DNA from: Armatimonadota bacterium
GTDB taxonomy: Bacteria; Armatimonadota; Fimbriimonadia; Fimbriimonadales; Fimbriimonadaceae
Length of the DNA stretch: 20,000 nt
Assembly (NCBI GenBank): GCA_031400935.1
Contig: JANNQV010000065.1
Coordinates: 116,188-136,187, forward strand
Direction of reading: 5' to 3'
Both the position numbers and the translations under genes were made by a program. The notes under the pieces are model-generated. The model worked only from the letters and a program-made list of their open reading frames with translations. It had not been told where the DNA came from and did no database searches. Each line of letters starts with the position of its first letter. The first letter of the stretch is position 1. This document shows, piece by piece, positions 1-8,201 of the stretch.

Positions 1-645
1 TTTTTTCAGGTCCGCGTCGGTCAGATTGATGGACGACTTGTACGAGTTCGTGACCTTCTTTCCTAAAGTGGAGAAAGCGAGATCGGCCCGCTGTCCAGGG
101 TCTGCAATTGCCTTTTCCAAATCTGCGTCAATTTGTTTTTTGACATCCGCAAGTGATCTGCCAGCTTGAATTTCGTATGCTGATGCAAAATCGGCTTCCG
201 TGGCATCGGACTTTAGGAGCTTGCTCTGAATCATTTGCATCTTGTATTGCAAAAGCGAGGAATCAACAGATGCTCTTTGTTCATCTCGAATTTCCTGGTC
301 TGAAACCGACAGCCCCTTTTCACTCGCAATAGATTGAACTAGTGCACGGCTGACCAGGCTTTGAGCCACATTTGCATACATCAGGCCAGTCGTTGCCGGG
401 TCGGTTGAACCACCCATAGACTGAACTTGCCTCTCGATCAGAGTCGAAAACTCTTTCAAAGTTACGCTTGCGGCACCTATTTTGGCGAGCACAACCTTGC
501 TTCCTTCATCTTGCGTAGAGTTTGGGTCGTTGCCGCACGAACGTAAATTAAACAGGCTGAACACCATAACGACCATTAGGGCAATCCCGACGGCAAGGCC
601 GCAGCCACTCTTTTCAAGAAACGATCTCGCTGTACTTATGGACAC
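1..645 (-). CDS. SurA N-terminal domain / PrsA-PpiD-like membrane-anchored foldase, 5' part (runs off the left edge)
   Basis: My translation from GTG at 645 (AAGGTG SD-like motif 5 nt upstream) is open to base 1: MSISTARSFLEKSGCGLAVGIALMVVMVFSLF (anchor) ...VLAKIGAASVTLKEF... LVSRALVQSIASEKGLSVSDQEI. This matches the SurA_N-type pattern. Not in the ORF track because it has no stop in the window. Confidence 0.7.
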   Translation of the reverse strand, partial: MSISTARSFLEKSGCGLAVGIALMVVMVFSLFNLRSCGNDPNSTQDEGSKVVLAKIGAASVTLKEFSTLIERQVQSMGGSTDPATTGLMYANVAQSLVSRALVQSIASEKGLSVSDQEIRDEQRASVDSSLLQYKMQMIQSKLLKSDATEADFASAYEIQAGRSLADVKKQIDADLEKAIADPGQRADLAFSTLGKKVTNSYKSSINLTDADLKK

Positions 646-791
646 AATAACACCTTGAACAATGAAATGCTTCGCATCGTTCGCAATTTTCGAAAAAGCG
701 TTCAACAATGCAAATGGCCGAGCGAATCATCGCTACAACCAGGGCAAAGTATGACATGATTGGCCGAATTTGACCATATTTGTTTTGAATG

Positions 792-832
792 TGCATACTA
801 TAGTAGACAAATTGGGTGTATAATTCGTCTAC
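792..832. promoter_or_regulatory. Candidate lexA promoter/operator: inverted repeat GTAGACAAATT-N8-AATTCGTCTAC (803-832) overlapping TATAAT (819-824), plus palindrome TACTATAGTA (796-805)
   Basis: Repeats read directly from the sequence, ending 24 nt upstream of the lexA ATG. LexA genes are usually autoregulated. Confidence 0.45.
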
Positions 833-856
833 AATCGTGAAGGAAGTGATTGTGCT

Positions 857-1486
857 ATGGCAAAAGGATTAACCAAACGACAAGAAATGATTCTGCATTA
901 TGTGATTGATTACGTTCAGCGCATAGGGTATCCGCCCTCCATTCGTGAAATTGGTGCCGACTTTGGCATCGGGTCTCTTCGGGGCGTAACCGTTCATCTT
1001 GATGCTTTGGCGCGAAAGGGATACATAACGCGATCAAACACGCCCCGCTCGATCAAGGTGATTCACCCCCAAATGCAGGTCAACAACCGGGTCATTATGT
1101 TGCCGCTGATTGGCACCATTGCCGCGGGCGTACCCATTTTGGCTCAGGAAAGCGTTGAAGACACGCTTCCAGTGCCGTACGAAATGGTTCGGAACATAAA
1201 CGATGCTTTCTTGCTTCGTGTAAAAGGTGATTCGATGATCGGCGATGGCATCATGGCTCGTGATCTCGTCGTAATCAAACCCCAACAAACCGCAAGCAAT
1301 AACGAAATCGTGGCAGTAATGATCGAAGATGAAGCAACTGTGAAGAGATTCACAAGAGATTCGAAGGGCATCGCTCTCATGCCCAGCAATGAAGCCTACG
1401 AGCCGATCCGCATCGAAACGGAAAATGCGAGAATCATCGGGAAGGTCGTTGGCCTGATTCGAGACTATACGGGCTCATCTTTTTGA
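857..1486 (+). CDS. lexA: SOS-response transcriptional repressor LexA
   Basis: N-terminal wHTH (LTKRQ...GYPPSIREIG...HLDALARKGYI), Ala-Gly cleavage site (IAAG), S24 catalytic Ser (GDSM) and Lys (ATVKR); 209 aa; SD AAGGAAG. Confidence 0.97.
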   Translation: MAKGLTKRQEMILHYVIDYVQRIGYPPSIREIGADFGIGSLRGVTVHLDALARKGYITRSNTPRSIKVIHPQMQVNNRVIMLPLIGTIAAGVPILAQESVEDTLPVPYEMVRNINDAFLLRVKGDSMIGDGIMARDLVVIKPQQTASNNEIVAVMIEDEATVKRFTRDSKGIALMPSNEAYEPIRIETENARIIGKVVGLIRDYTGSSF

Positions 1487-2592
1487 AAAATTGAATCGAG
1501 TTCTTGGATGACCAACTTTGCTGTCTCGGTCAATGCGGTTGGGCTTCCAAGATACTCGTTTAATTCCTGAAACGCCGCAATTTGAGTTGACCGGTATTCG
1601 CCATCAATGATTAGCTGGTCAAGCGACTCTCGGATTCGTTCAGGAGTTGCAAGGTCTTGCAGGAGTTCCCGAACGATAGGCCGCCCCATCAGTATGTTGG
1701 GCTGGCTGATAAAATCGGGCACGACACGAATGATATACGACTCGAATTCAATTAGCTTCGAAACTCGGTAAACAACAACGAATGGACAACCACATAACGC
1801 TGCTTCTAAAGTAGCAGTTCCGCTACAAATGACTCCAGCGCGAGCCCGTCTAAGAACGCCGTACGTATCGTTCGCAATGAATCGGTCAGTTACGCGGTGT
1901 GGGCACAACTTCAGCCACCTAGATCGCATTTCTTCCTCAGAGAATGACGGAGCGACTGCGAATTCAAAAATTCGTTCATTGTCCCCAATCGCTTTAGCAA
2001 TCGCAGGCAATAATTGCACGATTTCAGCCCGACGGCTGCCAGGCAGTATCGCAATCGTCTCTCCTCGCCCAATGTCGCCTGCCGTTTCAGAAATCAGTTG
2101 CTTTATCGGGTGACCGAACCAATAGGCATCTGCACCCATCTTTTTGAGAATTTCTGCCGACCAAGGAAAAGGAGTTACGATCTTGTCAGTGAGGCGAGGC
2201 AAGTCTTTGCCTTGGCGGTCACGCCGCCAAGAGCCTGGCGGGTTCACATAAAGCACTTTCCAACCAGCGGCACGCCCCGCCTTAGCAATTCTCAAATTGA
2301 CAACGCCGCAGTCAATCAAGATCAAGAGCCCTGGGTTGCCCAATTTTAGGTGATTGCAGGCATGCAGATAGCCACGTAGGCCGCTAAAAAACTGGCGAAA
2401 GACCTCGATCCAACCGATGGCACCCCAAGAAGAAGAATCAAAGATGATCTTTGCGCCTGCTTCACGCAATTTCGCAGCACCAATCCCCTCAAACTCAATG
2501 TCTCGACCTTCTGCTAACGCGCGAACATGGGAAACGATCTCTGACGCGATGACGTCACCGCTGGGCTCGCCCGCAGACAAAAACACCCTCAC
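1465..2592 (-). CDS. lpxB: Lipid-A-disaccharide synthase
   Basis: AGEPSGD, GHP, LPGSRRAEI, SGTATLE and PNILMG...ELLQ motifs; directly follows lpxA (GTGA overlap). Confidence 0.9.
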   Translation of the reverse strand: MRVFLSAGEPSGDVIASEIVSHVRALAEGRDIEFEGIGAAKLREAGAKIIFDSSSWGAIGWIEVFRQFFSGLRGYLHACNHLKLGNPGLLILIDCGVVNLRIAKAGRAAGWKVLYVNPPGSWRRDRQGKDLPRLTDKIVTPFPWSAEILKKMGADAYWFGHPIKQLISETAGDIGRGETIAILPGSRRAEIVQLLPAIAKAIGDNERIFEFAVAPSFSEEEMRSRWLKLCPHRVTDRFIANDTYGVLRRARAGVICSGTATLEAALCGCPFVVVYRVSKLIEFESYIIRVVPDFISQPNILMGRPIVRELLQDLATPERIRESLDQLIIDGEYRSTQIAAFQELNEYLGSPTALTETAKLVIQELDSIFQKDEPV

Positions 2593-3377
2593 GGTTGATC
2601 GCCGCGGCCGTTCTTTCCCTTAAACAGTCGCTCCATAAACTGAACTAGGTAATCAACTTCAGCACTGTTATCAACTTGCTCTTTGACCAAATTCAGTGCA
2701 TTTGTCAAGCCTAACGAGGACTTAAAGATCAATTTGCATGCCTTGTGAACTGCAAGTCTTGATTCCGCCGTAACACCCATCCGACGAAGGCCTACAGCAT
2801 TGATGTCATGGACTTTGCCCGTTGAAGAATCCATGAGCATGAATGGCGGCATGTCGCGGACGATCTTTCCAAATCCGCCAACCATGGCAATTTTGCCGAT
2901 TCGGGCAAACTGATGCACTCCCACCATCCCGCCGATCGTCGCAAACTCTTCGACCGTAACATGCCCTGAAAGATTGCACGAATTCGCCATGGTAACGTTG
3001 TCAAACAGCGTTCCGTTGTGGCCAACATGGCAAAACGCCATCAAGAAGCAATGGTTGCCGATGACGGTTGACTTCCCTTCGCCAGAGGCACGATGAATCG
3101 TTACATATTCGCGAAAGATATTGTCATCGCCGATTTTCAAAAAAGTCGGTTCGCCCTTATACTTTCTATCTTGCGGGTCGCCGCCAATTACCGAACCTTG
3201 CCCAAAGAAATTGTTCTTGCCGATTGTTGTATTGCCTTTGATCGTTACGTGGGAATCAAGCTTGCATCCTTGACCAATGACTGCGCCAGTTTCTATGTAG
3301 CAATAGGGACCTACAATCACATCAGGCGCAATATCTGCACCCGTCGCAACATAGCTCAGATCGTGAATCTTAGCCAA
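2589..3377 (-). CDS. lpxA: Acyl-ACP--UDP-N-acetylglucosamine O-acyltransferase
   Basis: Hexapeptide repeats, IGGDPQD, REYVTIHR, HVGH, LSGHV, VHQF, INAVGLRR; between fabZ and lpxB. Confidence 0.96.
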   Translation of the reverse strand: MAKIHDLSYVATGADIAPDVIVGPYCYIETGAVIGQGCKLDSHVTIKGNTTIGKNNFFGQGSVIGGDPQDRKYKGEPTFLKIGDDNIFREYVTIHRASGEGKSTVIGNHCFLMAFCHVGHNGTLFDNVTMANSCNLSGHVTVEEFATIGGMVGVHQFARIGKIAMVGGFGKIVRDMPPFMLMDSSTGKVHDINAVGLRRMGVTAESRLAVHKACKLIFKSSLGLTNALNLVKEQVDNSAEVDYLVQFMERLFKGKNGRGDQP

Positions 3378-3816
3378 TTTTCAACTCATCCACTAGTTTG
3401 AATGCGCATTCCATTGAAGCAACAACTTCGCCATCGACCGAGGCCTCGCCAGAAAATTTGCCAACACCACTTCGGTAGAATATCAAACGACAATCGCTGA
3501 TCAACTGATCACCAGGCACAACTGGCTTTCTAAATTTGACATTGTCAAAAGAGCCGATTAGCGGAATTTTGCCCTTGTGAATTGGATCTGATAGGAGCAA
3601 GATTGCTCCAGCTTGAGCGATGGCTTCGATAATCAATACTCCGGGCATCACCGGAATTCCGGGATAATGTCCCAGGAAAAATGACTCGTTGATTGAAACG
3701 TTTTTCAGGCCACGGCTAGAAACTCCGGGAATCACTTCCAACACGCGATCAACCAGCAACATCGGATACCGATGCGGCAGGTATTCCATTATTTTTTCGA
3801 TTCGGATTTCACTCAT
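3370..3816 (-). CDS. fabZ: 3-hydroxyacyl-ACP dehydratase
   Basis: LPHRYPMLLVDRV, KNVSINE.FF.GHYP, MPGVLIIEAIAQ, KFRKPVVPGDQL. Confidence 0.96.
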   Translation of the reverse strand: MSEIRIEKIMEYLPHRYPMLLVDRVLEVIPGVSSRGLKNVSINESFFLGHYPGIPVMPGVLIIEAIAQAGAILLLSDPIHKGKIPLIGSFDNVKFRKPVVPGDQLISDCRLIFYRSGVGKFSGEASVDGEVVASMECAFKLVDELKIG

Positions 3817-3909
3817 GGGTCAACAATTGGACTGAGTTGTACCCGGTTCTCTGCAACGTGGGCTTATGTAGGGTTATAGCAAGTCAAATTGGACCAACTA
3901 CCCAATGAC

Positions 3910-4677
3910 CTACTCAATATCCTCACGAGGCAGATACTCGTGTGTTGAGAACCATAACGAGCTGATCACAAGGCACGCAACAACGCCGACAAGTGTCGCC
4001 AACCATGCCATTTGCGGTGTGAGAGTCGAGACCATCAGCGAATTCATCGCGTCTTGCATCTGGTTGCCTGTCGTTACCGATGGTCGCCTTGAAAGAACTT
4101 CCAAATAGTAGCCAATTGATAGCATTTTGAGATCACCAGGCATATTCCCAAAGATCGTTTCCGCTCCAAATGCGTAAAGCAAATTCACGATCATGGAACG
4201 GTTGATCCAAAGCGATAGCAACACAAAAAATGAAGTGTAAAAAACCGAACCAACGACAATTCCCAAAATGTCGCGGTGGAAATAGTTGTGCCCCAACCCT
4301 GAAACACCCATTGAAGCCACAGCCAATGCCGAACCTGCCATGATCCCAACGATCACGCACATCGTCATCGCCGCAAAGGTGCGTCCGAGAAGTAACTGCC
4401 ATCTTGGAATGGGGCGAGTGAGCAGATAAACAATGGTCTTTTGCTCGATTTCGGCACTCACAACAGCCGTGCTGATAATGGCAGACGCTAACGCCAAAAC
4501 TCGGAACAAGAACAGGTCCGCTAGTCGGAGGTAAGTTTTTACGCCGTCTGGCTCCCTTGAAACAATTGCAACGAGTTTGACGATGCCAAATAGGACTCCG
4601 ACTACAAAAATCCAAGCAAGCAAGCGTCGAACCCGTAAGAAATCCCTGAGAGCAAATGTATAAAGGAACGTGATCAT
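3910..4677 (-). CDS. ABC-2 type transporter permease
   Basis: About 6 TM segments; EIEQKTIVYLLTRPIPRWQLLLG motif typical of ABC-2 permeases. Start placed at ATG 4677 (TAATG coupling to upstream ATPase) rather than 4764. Confidence 0.88.
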   Translation of the reverse strand: MITFLYTFALRDFLRVRRLLAWIFVVGVLFGIVKLVAIVSREPDGVKTYLRLADLFLFRVLALASAIISTAVVSAEIEQKTIVYLLTRPIPRWQLLLGRTFAAMTMCVIVGIMAGSALAVASMGVSGLGHNYFHRDILGIVVGSVFYTSFFVLLSLWINRSMIVNLLYAFGAETIFGNMPGDLKMLSIGYYLEVLSRRPSVTTGNQMQDAMNSLMVSTLTPQMAWLATLVGVVACLVISSLWFSTHEYLPREDIE

Positions 4678-5594
4678 TACTCTCCCACCAAATATCGGAA
4701 AACCGATTCGAGGTTGTTGTCCGGGCTCGAAATACCTTCTATCGGAAGCCCATGATCTAGACAAAGCTTAGGAAGCTCTTCGTAAAATTCCGCGGGAGAT
4801 TTGGTTCGCAATTCTATTGCATTTCCGCGAGCATCTAAGTGAACGCTCTGAACATAAGGAAGTGCGACCAGCTTTTCAGCAACGTCGCGCGGACGGTCTG
4901 TTTGAATCCGAATTCGGTGAGGATGCTTGTCAATCAGCTCTCGAATCACTCGCAAATCCCCCGAAGCCAGAAGCCTTCCTCGATGAAGCAAAAGGATGTT
5001 TCTGGTCATTTGTTCGACCTCGAACAAAATATGGCTGCTCACCAAAATGGTCTTTCCTTGTTTGGCAAGGATGTTTAGCAAATCCATGAGCTCGCGCCGG
5101 CCAATCGGGTCAAGTCCGTTCAGCGGCTCGTCTAGCAAGATGATATCCGGCTCGTGCAGCATGGCTTGCGCCAGCTTTATGCGCTGCCTCATGCCTTTGC
5201 TATAGCCGAGAATGATCTTGTCGCAACGCTCCGCCATGCCGACTTTCACCATCATTTCTTGGGTTCGTGTCTTTGATTCTGCGGCATCGAATCCACTCAT
5301 TCGAGCCATCGCTTCGACGAACTGACGCCCTGACAGATGCTCGTAAAAATTGTCAATATCGGGGCAGTAGCCTATCTTTCTGAAAACTTCTGGATTGCAG
5401 AACGGCTCAATTCCGCATACGGTTATGGAGCCAGTGGTAGGCATCATTTGACCTGTTATCAGGCGCATGAGGGTCGTTTTGCCCGCTCCGTTGACGCCAA
5501 GAAGTGCTGTGACTCCGGGTTCGATCTTGCAAGTTACATCGTTCAAGCCGATGACTTGCCCGTACCAGCGAGATGCGTTCTGAAGTTCGATCAT
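4677..5594 (-). CDS. ABC transporter ATP-binding protein
   Basis: Walker A GVNGAGKTT, signature YSKGMRQR, Walker B LLDEP, H-loop SSH. Start placed at ATG 5594 (ATGA overlap). Confidence 0.93.
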   Translation of the reverse strand: MIELQNASRWYGQVIGLNDVTCKIEPGVTALLGVNGAGKTTLMRLITGQMMPTTGSITVCGIEPFCNPEVFRKIGYCPDIDNFYEHLSGRQFVEAMARMSGFDAAESKTRTQEMMVKVGMAERCDKIILGYSKGMRQRIKLAQAMLHEPDIILLDEPLNGLDPIGRRELMDLLNILAKQGKTILVSSHILFEVEQMTRNILLLHRGRLLASGDLRVIRELIDKHPHRIRIQTDRPRDVAEKLVALPYVQSVHLDARGNAIELRTKSPAEFYEELPKLCLDHGLPIEGISSPDNNLESVFRYLVGE

Positions 5595-6571
5595 CCGACC
5601 ACCTCTACGGCTCGAACTCGCTTCCAAGCAATCAACATGCTAAGCATCGAAACTATGATAATGATTGCGAAAGCGGCTAGAAATGGAGGCGCGGGTACCT
5701 GTTCCATCCTGTCTGGAATCCCAAATGGTGGAGATCCGCTTGTAGCGAGCGTTGACTTTGCCAATCCGATGTTCAATCCGTCAACAGATCCATAAAACAG
5801 CTTGCTTACGATTCCCTTGGCCGTTGCATTTCCGTCGTCCTGAAACGCCATCCAAGCTCCGCTCATCGCTTGAGTAAAGAAGTTTGAAAGGAAATAAACT
5901 GCAGCCATCGTTGCACCAGCAAGTCTGCCCTGATTGAACAGCGACGATATTCCAATAGCCAGGCTCGCGTAGATTGCAGCGTTAGTGACTAACAGAAAAA
6001 GTAATTTGAAGAGCAATAGCTTGTCGCCAGTGAAGAAACCGTAGTCCCGATAGCTGAGAATTCCATAGGCATAAAAGAACAAGCTTGGAATTGACATTCC
6101 AATCAACAGAGTCAAAAAGACTCCCATCCATTTACCAAGGAGGTAATCCTTCTTGTCGCATGGCTTGCTTAAATAGACGAGAAGGGCGTTGGCACGATTG
6201 TCGTTGGCAATTGTCCCAACTCCGACGACCAACGACATGATCAAGAACCACATTTGTCCCATCGAAATGCCATGCACAAATTGATCTTTCCAGATAATCC
6301 GATCCATAAGCTGCTGAAGCGGATTCATGGCAGGCATATTGCTCCCAGTCATCATCGGAGCCGTAGATTGCGACATCCGCTCAGTAAAGAAGAAGATCGC
6401 CATCATGATCGCGAAATAGCTTCCTGCCAAAAACGACATAACCCACAAAATACGCTTTTTCAAGCTGACTCGCAATATCTGCCTTGCGATCACCCACCAA
6501 AGCTTGTTGGGCGATTCAAGTGCGCCATCGTAATTTCGATAGCTTAGGTCGGCAATTGGGGCTGAGCTCAT
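5591..6571 (-). CDS. ABC-2 type transporter permease
   Basis: Multiple TM helices; IANDNRANALLVYLSKP...YLLGKW motif; lies between two ATPases. Confidence 0.88.
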   Translation of the reverse strand: MSSAPIADLSYRNYDGALESPNKLWWVIARQILRVSLKKRILWVMSFLAGSYFAIMMAIFFFTERMSQSTAPMMTGSNMPAMNPLQQLMDRIIWKDQFVHGISMGQMWFLIMSLVVGVGTIANDNRANALLVYLSKPCDKKDYLLGKWMGVFLTLLIGMSIPSLFFYAYGILSYRDYGFFTGDKLLLFKLLFLLVTNAAIYASLAIGISSLFNQGRLAGATMAAVYFLSNFFTQAMSGAWMAFQDDGNATAKGIVSKLFYGSVDGLNIGLAKSTLATSGSPPFGIPDRMEQVPAPPFLAAFAIIIIVSMLSMLIAWKRVRAVEVVG

Positions 6572-6581
6572 AGATTTTTCC

Positions 6582-7505
6582 TTAGCGAATTGCCTCTAAA
6601 AATGCGTCTTCGAGAGAGCGCTCGGCAACGCTGAATTCTCGAACCTGGGCGCCCGTTTGCCTTGCGGCTTGAAATGCTAATTTGCTGACTTGGTCTGGAG
6701 TTCCGGGAGCCTGAATTCTATAACGGTAGCCCTTGGATTCAAGGAGCGTCGCTCCCAATGTTTCAATCGCGGCTACAAATGCTGGGCTCGCTTCTCGCAA
6801 CTCAATATCGCACGGATGCCCTTCAATTTTCTTCAGGTCTCTGATCAATCCTTCCGTCCTTAGTTTTCCGCCGACAACGACGATCACATGATCGCAAATG
6901 CGCTCAATGTCTGGAAGCAAGTGGCTTGAAACGATGACATTGAGTTCCTTTTCATGGGTTATCGAACGAACCAGTTCGAGCATATCTTCCCGCCCTTGCG
7001 GGTCTAGTCCGTTGGTAGGTTCATCCAGAAGCAAAAGTTTGGGTCCGTGGATCAGTGCTTGCGCCAATTTGATGCGCTGTTTCATTCCCGTCGAATAGGT
7101 TTCGACATTTCTATACCTCGCTTCACCAAGCCCGCAATATTCGAGGACTTCATGGGCACGGCGAAGGGCTTGTGCGGCGGGCATTCCGGCCAGCTCTCCC
7201 GCAAACGCCACGAATTGAACTGCGCTCATACCCGGAATGTGACAATCTTGCTCTGGCATTAAGCCAATTTTTTGCCGAATCAAGCGGCCATCCTTTTTGA
7301 TATCGTGGCCAAAAACTGTTCCCCCGCCCGCAGCCGCATCAATAAATCCGAGCAAGGTCTTGATGAGAGTCGTCTTACCAGCACCATTCGGCCCTAAAAG
7401 CCCAACGCACCCGTTCGGCACTTCCACCGAGAAATTATCAAGGGCAGTAAAGCGGCCGTATCGAACGGTGAGATTTTGTATGCTTGCGACAGACACAGAT
7501 GACAC
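6582..7505 (-). CDS. ABC transporter ATP-binding protein
   Basis: GPNGAGKTT, YSTGMKQR, LLDEPTNGLD, SSH; GTG start with SD GGGAGG 8 nt upstream. Confidence 0.94.
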   Translation of the reverse strand: MSSVSVASIQNLTVRYGRFTALDNFSVEVPNGCVGLLGPNGAGKTTLIKTLLGFIDAAAGGGTVFGHDIKKDGRLIRQKIGLMPEQDCHIPGMSAVQFVAFAGELAGMPAAQALRRAHEVLEYCGLGEARYRNVETYSTGMKQRIKLAQALIHGPKLLLLDEPTNGLDPQGREDMLELVRSITHEKELNVIVSSHLLPDIERICDHVIVVVGGKLRTEGLIRDLKKIEGHPCDIELREASPAFVAAIETLGATLLESKGYRYRIQAPGTPDQVSKLAFQAARQTGAQVREFSVAERSLEDAFLEAIR

Positions 7506-7539
7506 TTTACCAACCTCCCATCAGGCGGTGTTTCGGTTA

Positions 7540-7567
7540 GGAACGGTTTTGGCACTGAAATGGTTTC
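7540..7567 (-). promoter_or_regulatory. Putative ECF-sigma promoter of the ABC operon: GAAACC-N16-CGTTCC
   Basis: Fits the AAC...CGT architecture of ECF promoters; similar motifs at 12500-12527 and 15781-15809. Confidence 0.45.
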
Positions 7568-7584
7568 TCGGTGGGACTTTTGAC

Positions 7585-7737
7585 TTTGGAAGTGCGCGGG
7601 CTTGACCGCGCTTTTGAACGGGAAATTGAATGAAGGATAATGGATAAAGGACAAACCTTAATTCGACTTTTTTCATTATCCTTTGTCCCTTTTCCGTAAG
7701 TGTGAGAAAAGCGCGGTCAAGCCCGAGCACTCCCAAA
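7585..7737. repeat. REPIN/MITE-like element: 31-bp terminal inverted repeats (7585-7615 and 7707-7737) enclosing inverted heptamer repeats
   Basis: TTTGGAAGTGCGCGGGCTTGACCGCGCTTTT versus the reverse complement of the right arm TTTGGGAGTGCTCGGGCTTGACCGCGCTTTT (29/31); internal palindrome GCGCGG-GCTTGA-CCGCGC. Confidence 0.8.
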
Positions 7738-7749
7738 CAGAACTCCAAA

Positions 7750-7758
7750 GGGTACAAT
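7750..7758 (+). promoter_or_regulatory. Putative -10 element of ndk (GGGTACAAT)
   Basis: TACAAT ends 17 nt before ATG 7776; similar GGTAnnnT motifs precede other operons. Confidence 0.4.
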
Positions 7759-7775
7759 CGAACCCGAAATCAACC

Positions 7776-8183
7776 ATGGAAACCACACTCGTACTCATCA
7801 AACCAGGCGGAGTCAACCGCAATCTCATCGGCGAAATTTGTCGCCGAATCGAAGCCAGAAACCTGAAAATTGTCGGTCTCAAGCTCATGAATGCGCCTCG
7901 CGCAACTGTTGAAGAGCACTACGCCGAGCATAAGGGAAAGGGCTTTTATGAAGAAGTTGTGGGATACCTTTGCAGCGCGCCTGTTGTCGCGATCGCCGTC
8001 CAAGGAACAAATGCAGTAAGGGCTGTTCGAACCATGATGGGAGCCACAAACCCTCTCGAAGCCGATCCTGGAACCATACGTGGCGATCTTGCTTTGAGCA
8101 TTGATGACAATCTGACGCACAGCTCAGCCGATGCTGAGGCTGCCGCTAACGAATTGAAATTGTGGTTTTCTGAAGGGGTTTAG
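7776..8183 (+). CDS. ndk: Nucleoside diphosphate kinase
   Basis: METTLVLIKP, HYAEH..K.FY, VRTMMGATNP..A.PGTIRGD, N..H phospho-His, ELKLWF; 135 aa from ATG 7776. Confidence 0.95.
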   Translation: METTLVLIKPGGVNRNLIGEICRRIEARNLKIVGLKLMNAPRATVEEHYAEHKGKGFYEEVVGYLCSAPVVAIAVQGTNAVRAVRTMMGATNPLEADPGTIRGDLALSIDDNLTHSSADAEAAANELKLWFSEGV

Positions 8184-8201
8184 TGGGAAGGTGTGAGGGA
8201 A

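Noticed and set aside
614..796. 60-aa minus-strand ORF in the lexA upstream region
   Set aside because: Overlaps the start of the SurA-like gene in another frame, covers promoter DNA and has no recognisable features.
803..832. Link between the lexA inverted repeat (GTAGAC/GTCTAC) and the same hexamer capping hairpins at 12675 and 12816
   Set aside because: Only 6 bp are shared and the structural context differs (stem arms versus cap); chance cannot be excluded.
7394..7775. ORFs 7394-7654, 7521-7757 and the 7683 TTG extension of ndk
   Set aside because: They run through the inverted-repeat element and have no recognisable protein features; Ndk homology begins at ATG 7776.
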